52,821 nt of DNA from Burkholderiales bacterium (GTDB taxonomy: Bacteria > Pseudomonadota > Gammaproteobacteria > Burkholderiales > Burkholderiaceae_E), in NCBI GenBank assembly GCA_003576795.1, contig QEVN01000001.1:1-52821 (forward strand), read 5' to 3'. The notes under the pieces were generated by a model. That model searched no databases and was not told the DNA's origin. It saw nothing but the letters and a program-made list of their open reading frames with translations. The position numbers and the translations under genes were made by a program. Positions 43,966 through 51,885 of the stretch are shown piece by piece (positions within the stretch are counted from its first letter, which is position 1; every line of letters starts with the position of its first letter).

Positions 43966-46089
43966 ATGACCCCTGCCCTGTTCGCGATCGGCATCGCCTT
44001 CGCAGGCGCGTACGGATCGGCCCTGGCCGCACCGAAGGCGCCGGCCGACGTCGACGGCGCGCGCATCGTCGCCGCCGATCGCGAACCGGGCAACTGGATG
44101 AGTCATGGCCGTACCTACGACGAGCAGCGCTTTTCGCCGCTCGCGCGCATCCACGACGGCAACGTCGGCAAGCTCGGCCTCGCCTGGACGCACAAGCTCG
44201 ACGTCGACCGCGGCGTCGAGTCGACGGCGATCGTCGTCGACGGGGTGATGTACACCACCGGCGCGCACAGCATCGTCTACGCGCTCGATGCGCGCAACGG
44301 AAAGCTGCTGTGGCGCTACGACCCGCAGGTGCCGGGCGAGAACCTGGGCCAGGGCTGCTGCGACGCGGTGAATCGCGGCGTCGCCGTCTGGAAAGGCAAG
44401 GTCTACGTCGGCACCTTCGACGGGCGCCTGGTGGCGCTCGATGCGCGCGACGGCAAGCCGGTATGGACCGTCGACACCGTCGTCGACCGCGCGAAGAGCT
44501 ACACGATCACCGGCGCGCCGCGCATCGTCAAGGGCAAGGTGCTGATCGGAAACGGCGGCGCCGAGTTCGGCGTGCGCGGCTACGTCACCGCGTACGACGC
44601 CGAGACCGGCAGGCAGGCCTGGCGCTTCTACACCGTGCCCGGCGACCCGAAGCTGCCGCCCGAAGACAAGGCGATGGAGATGGCGCTGAAGACCTGGCAC
44701 GGTCGCGGCTGGCTCGACTGGGGCGGCGGCGGCACCGTCTGGGACTCCATGGCCTACGACCCCGAGCTGAACCTGCTGTACATCGGCACCGGCAACGGCT
44801 CGCCGTGGAACCACAAGTTCCGCAGCGACGGCAAGGGCGACAACCTGTTCCTGTCGTCGATCGTCGCGCTGAATGCCGACACCGGCGAGTACGTGTGGCA
44901 CTACCAGACCACGCCGGCCGACCAGTGGGACTACACCGCCACGCAGCACATCGTGCTGGCCGACATCCGCATCGACGGCCAGGTGCGCAAGGTGCTGATG
45001 CAGGCGCCGAAGAACGGCTTCTTCTACGTGCTCGACCGCACCGACGGCAAGCTGCTGTCGGCGAAGAACTTCGTGCCGATCAACTGGGCGACGCACGTCG
45101 ACCCCGCCACCGGCCGTCCGGTCGTCACCCCCGACAGCGACTATCTCGCCGGGCCGAAGGTCATCGTCCCCAGCTTTCTCGGCGCGCACAACTGGCAGCC
45201 GATGTCGTTCAACCCGAAGACCGGCTACGTCTACCTGCCGGCGCAGGAGAGCGTCGCCGGACTGCAGGCGCAGGAAAAGCCGCTGTTCATTCCGCACAAG
45301 GCCGTGGTGAACCTCGGCGTCGAGGTGCCCGACCTGCCCGAGGATCCGAAGGTCGAAGCGCAGATCCGCAGCGCCTGGAAGGGCCGCCTCATCGCGTGGG
45401 ATCCGGTCCGGCAGCAGGCGGCGTGGACGCAGGAATACGTCGCGCCGTGGAACGGCGGCACGCTGAGCACCGCCGGCAACCTCGTGTTCCAGGGAACCGC
45501 CGACGGCCGCGCCGTGGCCTATGCGGCCGACAGCGGGAAGAAGCTGTGGGAAGCGCGCGTGAACTCCGGCTCGATGGCCGGGCCGGTCACCTACGAGGTC
45601 GACGGCGAGCAGTACGTCACGTTCATGGCCGGCTGGGGCGGCGCGTTCCCGCTCGTCACCGGGCCGCTGTCGCTGTCGGCGCGCGTGCAGCCGGAGGCGC
45701 GCGTGGTCACGTTCAAGCTCGGCGCCAGGGGCAAGCTGCCGCCGGCGAAGAAGGCCGTCGTTGCGCTGCCGCCGCTGCAGAAGGTGACGGCGAGCGCCGC
45801 CGACCTCGCCACCGCGCGCACGATGTTCAACGGCTTCTGCGGGTCGTGCCACGGCCTGAACGCCGTGAGCGGCGGCGTGCTGCCCGATCTGCGCTACCTG
45901 ACTCCGGCGAAGCACGAGCAGTACGTTGCCGTGTTGAGCGGCGCGAAGCTGAACCGCGGCATGCCGAGCTTCGCATCGGTGCTCGCGCCGAAGGACATGG
46001 AGCTGATCCGCCAGTACATCGTCAAGCGCGCGCACGACCTGAAGACGCAACTGGAGCTGATTCCGGTCGGAACGGCGCCGGCTCGATGA
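43966..46089 (+). CDS. Quinohemoprotein (PQQ/heme c) alcohol dehydrogenase, type II, probably Ca2+-dependent
   Basis: Signal peptide; GCCDAVNRG vicinal Cys, GNGGAEFGVRG, WDYTA, APKNGFFYVLDR; C-terminal CGSCH. Confidence 0.94.
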   Translation: MTPALFAIGIAFAGAYGSALAAPKAPADVDGARIVAADREPGNWMSHGRTYDEQRFSPLARIHDGNVGKLGLAWTHKLDVDRGVESTAIVVDGVMYTTGAHSIVYALDARNGKLLWRYDPQVPGENLGQGCCDAVNRGVAVWKGKVYVGTFDGRLVALDARDGKPVWTVDTVVDRAKSYTITGAPRIVKGKVLIGNGGAEFGVRGYVTAYDAETGRQAWRFYTVPGDPKLPPEDKAMEMALKTWHGRGWLDWGGGGTVWDSMAYDPELNLLYIGTGNGSPWNHKFRSDGKGDNLFLSSIVALNADTGEYVWHYQTTPADQWDYTATQHIVLADIRIDGQVRKVLMQAPKNGFFYVLDRTDGKLLSAKNFVPINWATHVDPATGRPVVTPDSDYLAGPKVIVPSFLGAHNWQPMSFNPKTGYVYLPAQESVAGLQAQEKPLFIPHKAVVNLGVEVPDLPEDPKVEAQIRSAWKGRLIAWDPVRQQAAWTQEYVAPWNGGTLSTAGNLVFQGTADGRAVAYAADSGKKLWEARVNSGSMAGPVTYEVDGEQYVTFMAGWGGAFPLVTGPLSLSARVQPEARVVTFKLGARGKLPPAKKAVVALPPLQKVTASAADLATARTMFNGFCGSCHGLNAVSGGVLPDLRYLTPAKHEQYVAVLSGAKLNRGMPSFASVLAPKDMELIRQYIVKRAHDLKTQLELIPVGTAPAR

Positions 46090-46481
46090 GGCCACGCGTG
46101 ATGCGCGGTGCGGCGCTCGGCAGGGCGATCGCCGCCGCGTGCGCCGCGGCGCTCGGCGTCGCCGGCGCGGTCGCGGGCCCGTCCACTGCGCAGCCGCGCA
46201 CGACGGGATCGTCCGCGGCGACGCTGTACGCGCTGAACTGCATGGGGTGCCATCCGTCGCCGAAGACGAGCGAGCACGACGCGGGTCCGCTGCGCGGCGA
46301 GTTCTTCCACAACGACAAGGGCCGCAACTTCTTCATCCGGATGCCGGACGGGAGCAGGCGCCTGTCGGCGTCGGAGGAAGCGCGGCTGCTCGAGGAAGTG
46401 CTCACGTGGAAGCGCGCCTGCGCGGCGATCCGGCAGGATGCGCCGATGGTCGACTACCGCGGCGAACACTTCGTTCGCTGA
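46086..46481 (+). CDS. Small monoheme c-type cytochrome
   Basis: Signal peptide, LYALNCMGCH; ATGA overlap with the ADH gene. Confidence 0.78.
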   Translation: MRPRVMRGAALGRAIAAACAAALGVAGAVAGPSTAQPRTTGSSAATLYALNCMGCHPSPKTSEHDAGPLRGEFFHNDKGRNFFIRMPDGSRRLSASEEARLLEEVLTWKRACAAIRQDAPMVDYRGEHFVR

Positions 46482-46484
46482 GCC

Positions 46485-47609
46485 GTGCCGGAACCGAAGC
46501 CCGTCGCGCGAGGGGGTCGCAGGAAGCTGCGCGCGAGCGTTGGAGCGGCGCTCCTCGCCGCGCTGTGCGCGAGCGGCGCGGCGACCTCGGCGTCGTCGCC
46601 CGCACCGTCCCCGGCGGCTTCCCCCGCCCCGCGGGTCGCGGAACGCATCGCGCTCGGTCGCGAGCTGTTCTTCGAATCGCGCCTCTCGGGCGACGGCAGC
46701 CGCAGCTGCGCGAGCTGTCACGCGCCGGACAAGGGCTACGCCGACGGCGAGGCGCTCTCGCGCGGCTACAACCATGCCGGGCACTTCCGCAACACGCCTT
46801 CGCTGATCGCGCTGGCCGCGAAGCCACGCCTGATGTGGGACGGCCGCTATCCGGCGGAGCGGCTGGCCGACGTCGTCGTCGACATGATCCGGTCGCCGGT
46901 GACGATGAACGGCGATCTGCAGATCGTCGTCGAGCGCGTGCGGCAGCTCCCGTCGCTGCTGCAGGCGTGGCAACGCGCATACGGAGCGCGCGAAGCGCCG
47001 AGCATCGACGGGCTGGTGGACGCGCTCGCCGCGTACGCGAGCTCGCGCGGCAACGCGCAGACGCCGGTCGATCGCGCGCTGCATGGCGACGAACAGGCGC
47101 TGTCGGCAGCGGCGCTCGAAGGCATGCGCCTGTTCCAGGGCAAGGCGGGCTGCGCGCGCTGCCATTCGGGTGCCGCGTTCACCGACGGCGGCCTGCATCG
47201 CCTGGGCGTGCCCGAGAACCCCGAGATCCTGCGCGACCCGGAGCGAACGATCAGCCTGCTGCGCCATTACGCGGTGCACGGCGCGCGCGACCCGATGTCC
47301 GAACGCGCCGACACGGGCGCTGCGGCGTGGACGCAGCGCGCCGCGGACCGCGGCCGCTTCGCCACGCCCTCGCTGCGCGGCGTGGCGCTCACCGCGCCCT
47401 ACATGCACAACGGCGTCTTCGCGACGCTCGCGCAGGTCGTCGAGTTCTACGACCGCGGCGGCGGACGCGCGAGCGAACTGCAGCCGCTCGGGCTGGACGC
47501 GCGCGAGCGCGCGGCGCTCGTCGCCTTCCTCGAGGCGCTGTCGCCGCCGCTGCCGCCGGAGAGCGCTCCGCCGACGGACAACTACGCGACCACCGGAGCG
47601 GGCCGATGA
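46485..47609 (+). CDS. Diheme cytochrome c peroxidase/MauG-superfamily protein, paralogue 1
   Basis: LGRELFFESRLSGDG, CASCH, RNTPSL, MWDGR, CARCH, TPSLR..ALTAPYMHNG. Confidence 0.9.
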   Translation: MPEPKPVARGGRRKLRASVGAALLAALCASGAATSASSPAPSPAASPAPRVAERIALGRELFFESRLSGDGSRSCASCHAPDKGYADGEALSRGYNHAGHFRNTPSLIALAAKPRLMWDGRYPAERLADVVVDMIRSPVTMNGDLQIVVERVRQLPSLLQAWQRAYGAREAPSIDGLVDALAAYASSRGNAQTPVDRALHGDEQALSAAALEGMRLFQGKAGCARCHSGAAFTDGGLHRLGVPENPEILRDPERTISLLRHYAVHGARDPMSERADTGAAAWTQRAADRGRFATPSLRGVALTAPYMHNGVFATLAQVVEFYDRGGGRASELQPLGLDARERAALVAFLEALSPPLPPESAPPTDNYATTGAGR

Positions 47610-48946
47610 AGCGTCGCCGCTTCGCCGCGGCCGGCGCCGCGCTCGTCGTCGGCGCCGCGTCCGCGATCATCGGCGCGCTGGCGATCTCGGCCGTACTCGC
47701 ATCGGCGTTCCCCGGCGCGGCGGCTACCGGCGCAGCGGCTACCGACCCGGCCCCACCCAGCCGCGATCTTCCCCCTTCCCCCTCCCCCCTTCTCCCTTCT
47801 CTTCCCGCAAACCTGCCACCCCTCGCCCCGCTCCCCCCGGTGCCGATTCCCGCCGACAACCCGATGTCGGCGCAGAAGATCGAACTGGGCAAGCTGCTGT
47901 TCTTCGACGCGCGGCTGTCGGGCGACGCGTCGACCTCGTGCGCGTCCTGCCACGTCGCACAGCACGGCTGGGCGCACCACGAGCCGCTCGCGCCGGGCTA
48001 TCCGGGCCACCGGCTGTGGCGCAACAACCCGACCGTGCTCAACGCCGCGCACTTCCGGCGACTGATGTGGGACGGCACGATCGACCGCCTCGAAGTGCAG
48101 GCTCGCTCGGCGATGCAGGCGCCGGTCGAAGGCAACGGAAAAGCCGAGCTGGTCGAGATGCGGCTGCGGCTCGTGCCCGAATACGTCGATCGCTTCCGCG
48201 AGGTGTTCGGCACCGACTGGCCGCAGCTCGACGACGCCTGGCGCGCGATCGCGGCCTTCGAGCGAACGATCGTCTCCGACCCGCGTCGCGTGCCCTTCGA
48301 TCGCTTCGCCGCCGGCGACGCGAGCGCGATGACGCCGGCCGCGCAGCGCGGCCATGCGCTCTTCACCGGCAAGGCGCGCTGCATCGCCTGCCACAACGGG
48401 CCGCTGGCCAGCGACCAGCAGTACCACGCGCTCGGCGTTCCGCGCCAGACGCTGTTCGACTCGAGCCCGCTCGTGCAGGTCGCCGTGCGCTGGCAGAACG
48501 CGCAGCGCGACGCGCCGCGCGCGCTGTACCGCGACGCCGAGGAAGACCTCGGCCGCTGGTACCGCACGCGCGACCCCGCCGACATCGGGCGCTTTCGCAC
48601 GCCGTCGCTGCGCGAACTGCGCTACACGGCGCCCTACATGCACAACGGCGTCTTCGCGACGCTCGCCGAGGTGGTCGACTTCTTCGATCGCGGCGGCGGC
48701 GACGCGCCGAACAGGTCGCCGCTGCTGCAGCCGCTGGGCCTGAGCGCCGCGGAGAAGAGCGACCTCGTCGCCTTCCTCGAGGCGCTGAGCATGGAGGAGC
48801 CGCTCGTCGTCGCGACGCCGGCGCTGCCGCCGATGATGCCGCTGGTCGACACGGCGCAGGCGGCCTGCACGATCGAAGCGAGCCTGGCGAGCGAAGCGGG
48901 CGCGGCGAACCGAACGGGCGCGACGGGCGCAACGCGCGGGAGATGA
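47606..48946 (+). CDS. Diheme cytochrome c peroxidase/MauG-superfamily protein, paralogue 2
   Basis: PADNPM..K.ELGKLLFFDARLSGD, CASCH, RNNPT, MWDG, CIACH, FRTPSLREL.YTAPYMHNG. Confidence 0.9.
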   Translation: MKRRRFAAAGAALVVGAASAIIGALAISAVLASAFPGAAATGAAATDPAPPSRDLPPSPSPLLPSLPANLPPLAPLPPVPIPADNPMSAQKIELGKLLFFDARLSGDASTSCASCHVAQHGWAHHEPLAPGYPGHRLWRNNPTVLNAAHFRRLMWDGTIDRLEVQARSAMQAPVEGNGKAELVEMRLRLVPEYVDRFREVFGTDWPQLDDAWRAIAAFERTIVSDPRRVPFDRFAAGDASAMTPAAQRGHALFTGKARCIACHNGPLASDQQYHALGVPRQTLFDSSPLVQVAVRWQNAQRDAPRALYRDAEEDLGRWYRTRDPADIGRFRTPSLRELRYTAPYMHNGVFATLAEVVDFFDRGGGDAPNRSPLLQPLGLSAAEKSDLVAFLEALSMEEPLVVATPALPPMMPLVDTAQAACTIEASLASEAGAANRTGATGATRGR

Positions 48947-51276
48947 GCATGGGTCGCCTGTGGAACCGCTACGTGATGCACCGGCGACGCTGGTGGATCC
49001 CGCTCGCGGCGGTGCTCGCCATCGGCGTGCTGAGCATGCTGTACATGGGTGCGCGCACCTACGCCGACGCGCCGCCCGTGCCCGACTTCGTCGACGAGCG
49101 GGGAACGACGCAGGTGGCCGCCGACGCGATCCGGCGCGGACAGGCCGTGTTCCTGAAATACGGGCTGATGAACTACGGCAGCTTCTTCGGCGACGGCGCC
49201 GGCCGCGGCCCCGATTTCACCGCCGACGCGCTGCATCGCGTGGCGATCGCGATGCGCGACTGGCATGCATCGCGCGACGGCGTCGACGACGACTCGGCGC
49301 TCGCCGCCGCGCAGCGGGCGATCCGCCGCAACCGCTACGACGAATCGACGAACCTCGTGCGCATCGGCGAAGCGCAGGCCTATGCCGCGCGCGACCTCGA
49401 GCGGCAGGTCGCCGCGCGCTTTCGCGGCGAAGGCAACGAGCCCTTCCATCCGGCCGGCTGGATCTCCGACGAGGCCGAGTTGCGCGACCTCGCCGCGTTC
49501 TTCTTCTGGGGCGCGTGGGTATGCGGCGCCGAGCGCCCGGGCGAGCGCTACTCGTACACGCACAACTGGCCCTACGACGAGCTGGCGGGCAACCGTCCGA
49601 GCGCGCAGGTCGTGCTGTGGAGCGCCGTCGCCGTGCTCGCGCTCGTTGCCGCGCTGGGCGCGGTCCTGTTCGCGTACGGGCGCTATTCGAGGATCGCCGG
49701 CTGGCGCTCGTCGGAGCGGCAAGCGCAACCGGCGCAGGCGCAGCGACGGCGACGCATCGAATTCCCCGGCGAAGCGAGCGTGCACTCGCCGCTCGAAGCC
49801 GCGCCGTCGGCGCTGCAGCGCGCGACCTGGAAGTTCTTCGTCGTCGCCGCGGTGCTCTTCGTGCTGCAGATCGTCGCCGGCATCCTCACCGTGCACGACT
49901 TCCTCGGCGTCACGCGCGTGTTCGGCATCGATCTCGCCCAGACGCTGCCGATCCCGATCGTGCGCGGCTGGCACCTGCAACTCGCGCTGCTGTGGATCAC
50001 CGCGTGCTGGATCGGCTCGTCGATCTTCGTCATCTCCACCGCCAGCCCGCAGGCGATCGCCGGGCAGCGGCGCCTCGTCGATGCGATGTTCGTGCTGCTC
50101 GTCGTCACCGCGGCCGGCGGCCTGGCCGGCGTGGCCCTCGGCCCGCACGGCGTCCTCGGCGAGCACTGGCATTGGCTGGGCAGCCAGGGCTGGGAGTTCG
50201 TCGAGCAGGGGCGCCTGTGGCAGGCGATGCTCTTCGTCGTGATCGCGCTGTGGGCGGTCGTGCTCGCGCGCGCGGTCGTCCCGACCTGGCGCACGGGCGA
50301 TGCCTGGACGCTGCCCAAATGGCTCGTCTGGTGCGTCGCCTGCGTGCTGCTGCTGTTCCTTTCGGGCTTCGTCTCCGGGCCCGAGACGAACTTCGTCGTC
50401 GCCGACTTCTGGCGCTGGGCGGTGATCCACATGTGGGTCGAGGCCTTCTTCGAGGTGTTCGCCACCGCGCTGCTGGCCTACTGCATGGTGCTGATGCGGC
50501 TCGTGAGCCACGCGGCGGCCTCGCGCATCGTCTATCTGGCGACGCTGCTCTTCCTCGGCTCGGGGCTGCTCGGCATCTCGCACAACTTCTACTGGAACGC
50601 CAAGCCGGTGGTCACGCTGGCGATCGGCAGCGTCTTCTCGACGCTGCAGGTGGTGCCGCTGATCCTGCTCACGCTCGAGGCCTGGCAGTTCCGCAACGCG
50701 CCGCAGCGCGCCGGCGCCGCCTTCGCGCACGGCGAGGCCTTCGTCTTCCTGCTCGGCGTGAACTTCTGGAACTTCCTCGGCGCCGGAATGTTCGGCTTTC
50801 TCGTCAACCTGCCGATCGTCAACTACTACGAGCACGGCACCTATCTCACCGTGAACCACGGGCACGCCGCGCTGATGGGCGTCTACGGCAACCTCGCGAT
50901 CGCGATGATCGTGTTCTGCGCGCGCAGCCTCGTCGAGCCGGCGCACTGGAATGCGCGGCTGCTGCGCTGCGTCTTCTGGTCGATCAACGTCGGGCTGATG
51001 GGGATGGTCGTGCTCGACCTCTTCCCGGTGGGCGTCGCGCAGCTGATGGACGTGCTCGAGAATGGCCTGTGGCACGCGCGCTCGCAGGTCTTCGTGCAGG
51101 GAACGCTCTTCCAGGCGCTGACCTGGGCGCGCATCGTCGGCGGCGCGATCTTCGTGCTCGGCGGCGTGTTGCCGCTCGCGTGGTTCGTGCTGACGCGCTC
51201 GGCGTCGCTGAAAGCGGCGCAGCCCGAGCCTTCGCTGCCGCCGGCTACGCGATCAGTGCCCGAGCCTTCGCTTTGA
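48943..51276 (+). CDS. qNor-family heme-copper-oxidase-superfamily protein with NO dismutase (Nod)-like substitutions
   Basis: YGSFFGDGAGRGPDFTADALH, YTHNWPYD, RGWHLQ, HMWVEAFFEVF, GISHNFYW (HN in place of HH), STLQVVP (Q in place of E), NHGHAA; ATGA overlap with the upstream gene. Confidence 0.88.
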   Translation: MSMGRLWNRYVMHRRRWWIPLAAVLAIGVLSMLYMGARTYADAPPVPDFVDERGTTQVAADAIRRGQAVFLKYGLMNYGSFFGDGAGRGPDFTADALHRVAIAMRDWHASRDGVDDDSALAAAQRAIRRNRYDESTNLVRIGEAQAYAARDLERQVAARFRGEGNEPFHPAGWISDEAELRDLAAFFFWGAWVCGAERPGERYSYTHNWPYDELAGNRPSAQVVLWSAVAVLALVAALGAVLFAYGRYSRIAGWRSSERQAQPAQAQRRRRIEFPGEASVHSPLEAAPSALQRATWKFFVVAAVLFVLQIVAGILTVHDFLGVTRVFGIDLAQTLPIPIVRGWHLQLALLWITACWIGSSIFVISTASPQAIAGQRRLVDAMFVLLVVTAAGGLAGVALGPHGVLGEHWHWLGSQGWEFVEQGRLWQAMLFVVIALWAVVLARAVVPTWRTGDAWTLPKWLVWCVACVLLLFLSGFVSGPETNFVVADFWRWAVIHMWVEAFFEVFATALLAYCMVLMRLVSHAAASRIVYLATLLFLGSGLLGISHNFYWNAKPVVTLAIGSVFSTLQVVPLILLTLEAWQFRNAPQRAGAAFAHGEAFVFLLGVNFWNFLGAGMFGFLVNLPIVNYYEHGTYLTVNHGHAALMGVYGNLAIAMIVFCARSLVEPAHWNARLLRCVFWSINVGLMGMVVLDLFPVGVAQLMDVLENGLWHARSQVFVQGTLFQALTWARIVGGAIFVLGGVLPLAWFVLTRSASLKAAQPEPSLPPATRSVPEPSL

Positions 51277-51583
51277 CCTCGGCAAGTTCCGCGGGCGCCG
51301 CCTTCGTTCGATATCGGGCCTTGCGCGCGATCCAGTCGACGCTTCTCACCTGGTCCGCGAGCACGACGCTGCGCGGCTCGCCGGCGAGCTCGACCTCGAA
51401 CGGATAACCCTTGATGCGGGTCGTGACGGGACAGCACAGCATGAGACCGCTGCGAGCGTTGTAGGTCGACGCGCTCAGTACCAGTGCAGGCCGGCGTCCG
51501 GCCTGTTCATGTCCTGCCTGCGGATCGAATTGCAGCCAGACGACGTCCCCCGATTCCGGAACATAGCGCCTGTTGCCGATCAC
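51245..51583 (-). CDS. mazF: MazF/PemK endoribonuclease toxin
   Basis: GDVVWLQFDPQAGHEQAGRRPALVLS, CCPVTTRIKGYPFEV, DQVRSVDW. Confidence 0.95.
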   Translation of the reverse strand: MIGNRRYVPESGDVVWLQFDPQAGHEQAGRRPALVLSASTYNARSGLMLCCPVTTRIKGYPFEVELAGEPRSVVLADQVRSVDWIARKARYRTKAAPAELAEVKAKARALIA

Positions 51584-51822
51584 GGGGCTTCACGCCCCAC
51601 GGGCCGCCCGAGATCGAATTCCGAATGCCGGTTCTCCGGCGTGATGCCGGCAACCAGTTCGTCGAGGTCGTACTCGGGGCGCTCGAGCGGCTCGATGACG
51701 ATCCTGCCGTCCTCCTCGCGAATATCGACGGCGTCGTCCACCTCGAGCTTCACGGCCTGCAGGATCGCCGACGGGATACGCACCGACGCGCTGTTTCCCC
51801 ATTTCCTGACGGTCGTGCGCAT
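51580..51822 (-). CDS. mazE: MazE/AbrB-type antitoxin
   Basis: VRKWGNSASVRIP, YDLDELVAGITPENRH.E; GTGA overlap with mazF. Confidence 0.95.
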   Translation of the reverse strand: MRTTVRKWGNSASVRIPSAILQAVKLEVDDAVDIREEDGRIVIEPLERPEYDLDELVAGITPENRHSEFDLGRPVGREAP

Positions 51823-51885
51823 GTGCGGCGTAATCCTCGGTTCGCGCCTCGGTTCGCCTCGGCTCGCCTGCTCGCACCGGCTTCT

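Noticed and set aside
43966-46089. Lanthanide-dependent (XoxF/ExaF/PedH-type) dehydrogenase
   Set aside because: The motif reads WDYTA, lacking the extra Asp (D-x-D); it also has a C-terminal heme c domain.
47394-48666. 38-bp identical stretch in the two CCP genes (47394 and 48629) as gene conversion
   Set aside because: It covers the most conserved motif (APYMHNGVFATL); strong codon bias can explain it.
46485-48946. Calling either diheme gene mauG or a classical ccpA
   Set aside because: Neither has the full MauG set (Gln/Pro/Glu pocket, Trp199, Tyr294), and neither shows the Met heme-2 ligand expected of bCCP at the equivalent position.
48943-51276. Calling the gene a canonical norB/norZ
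   Set aside because: An FeB His, the catalytic-region Glu and the quinol-site Asp are all substituted.
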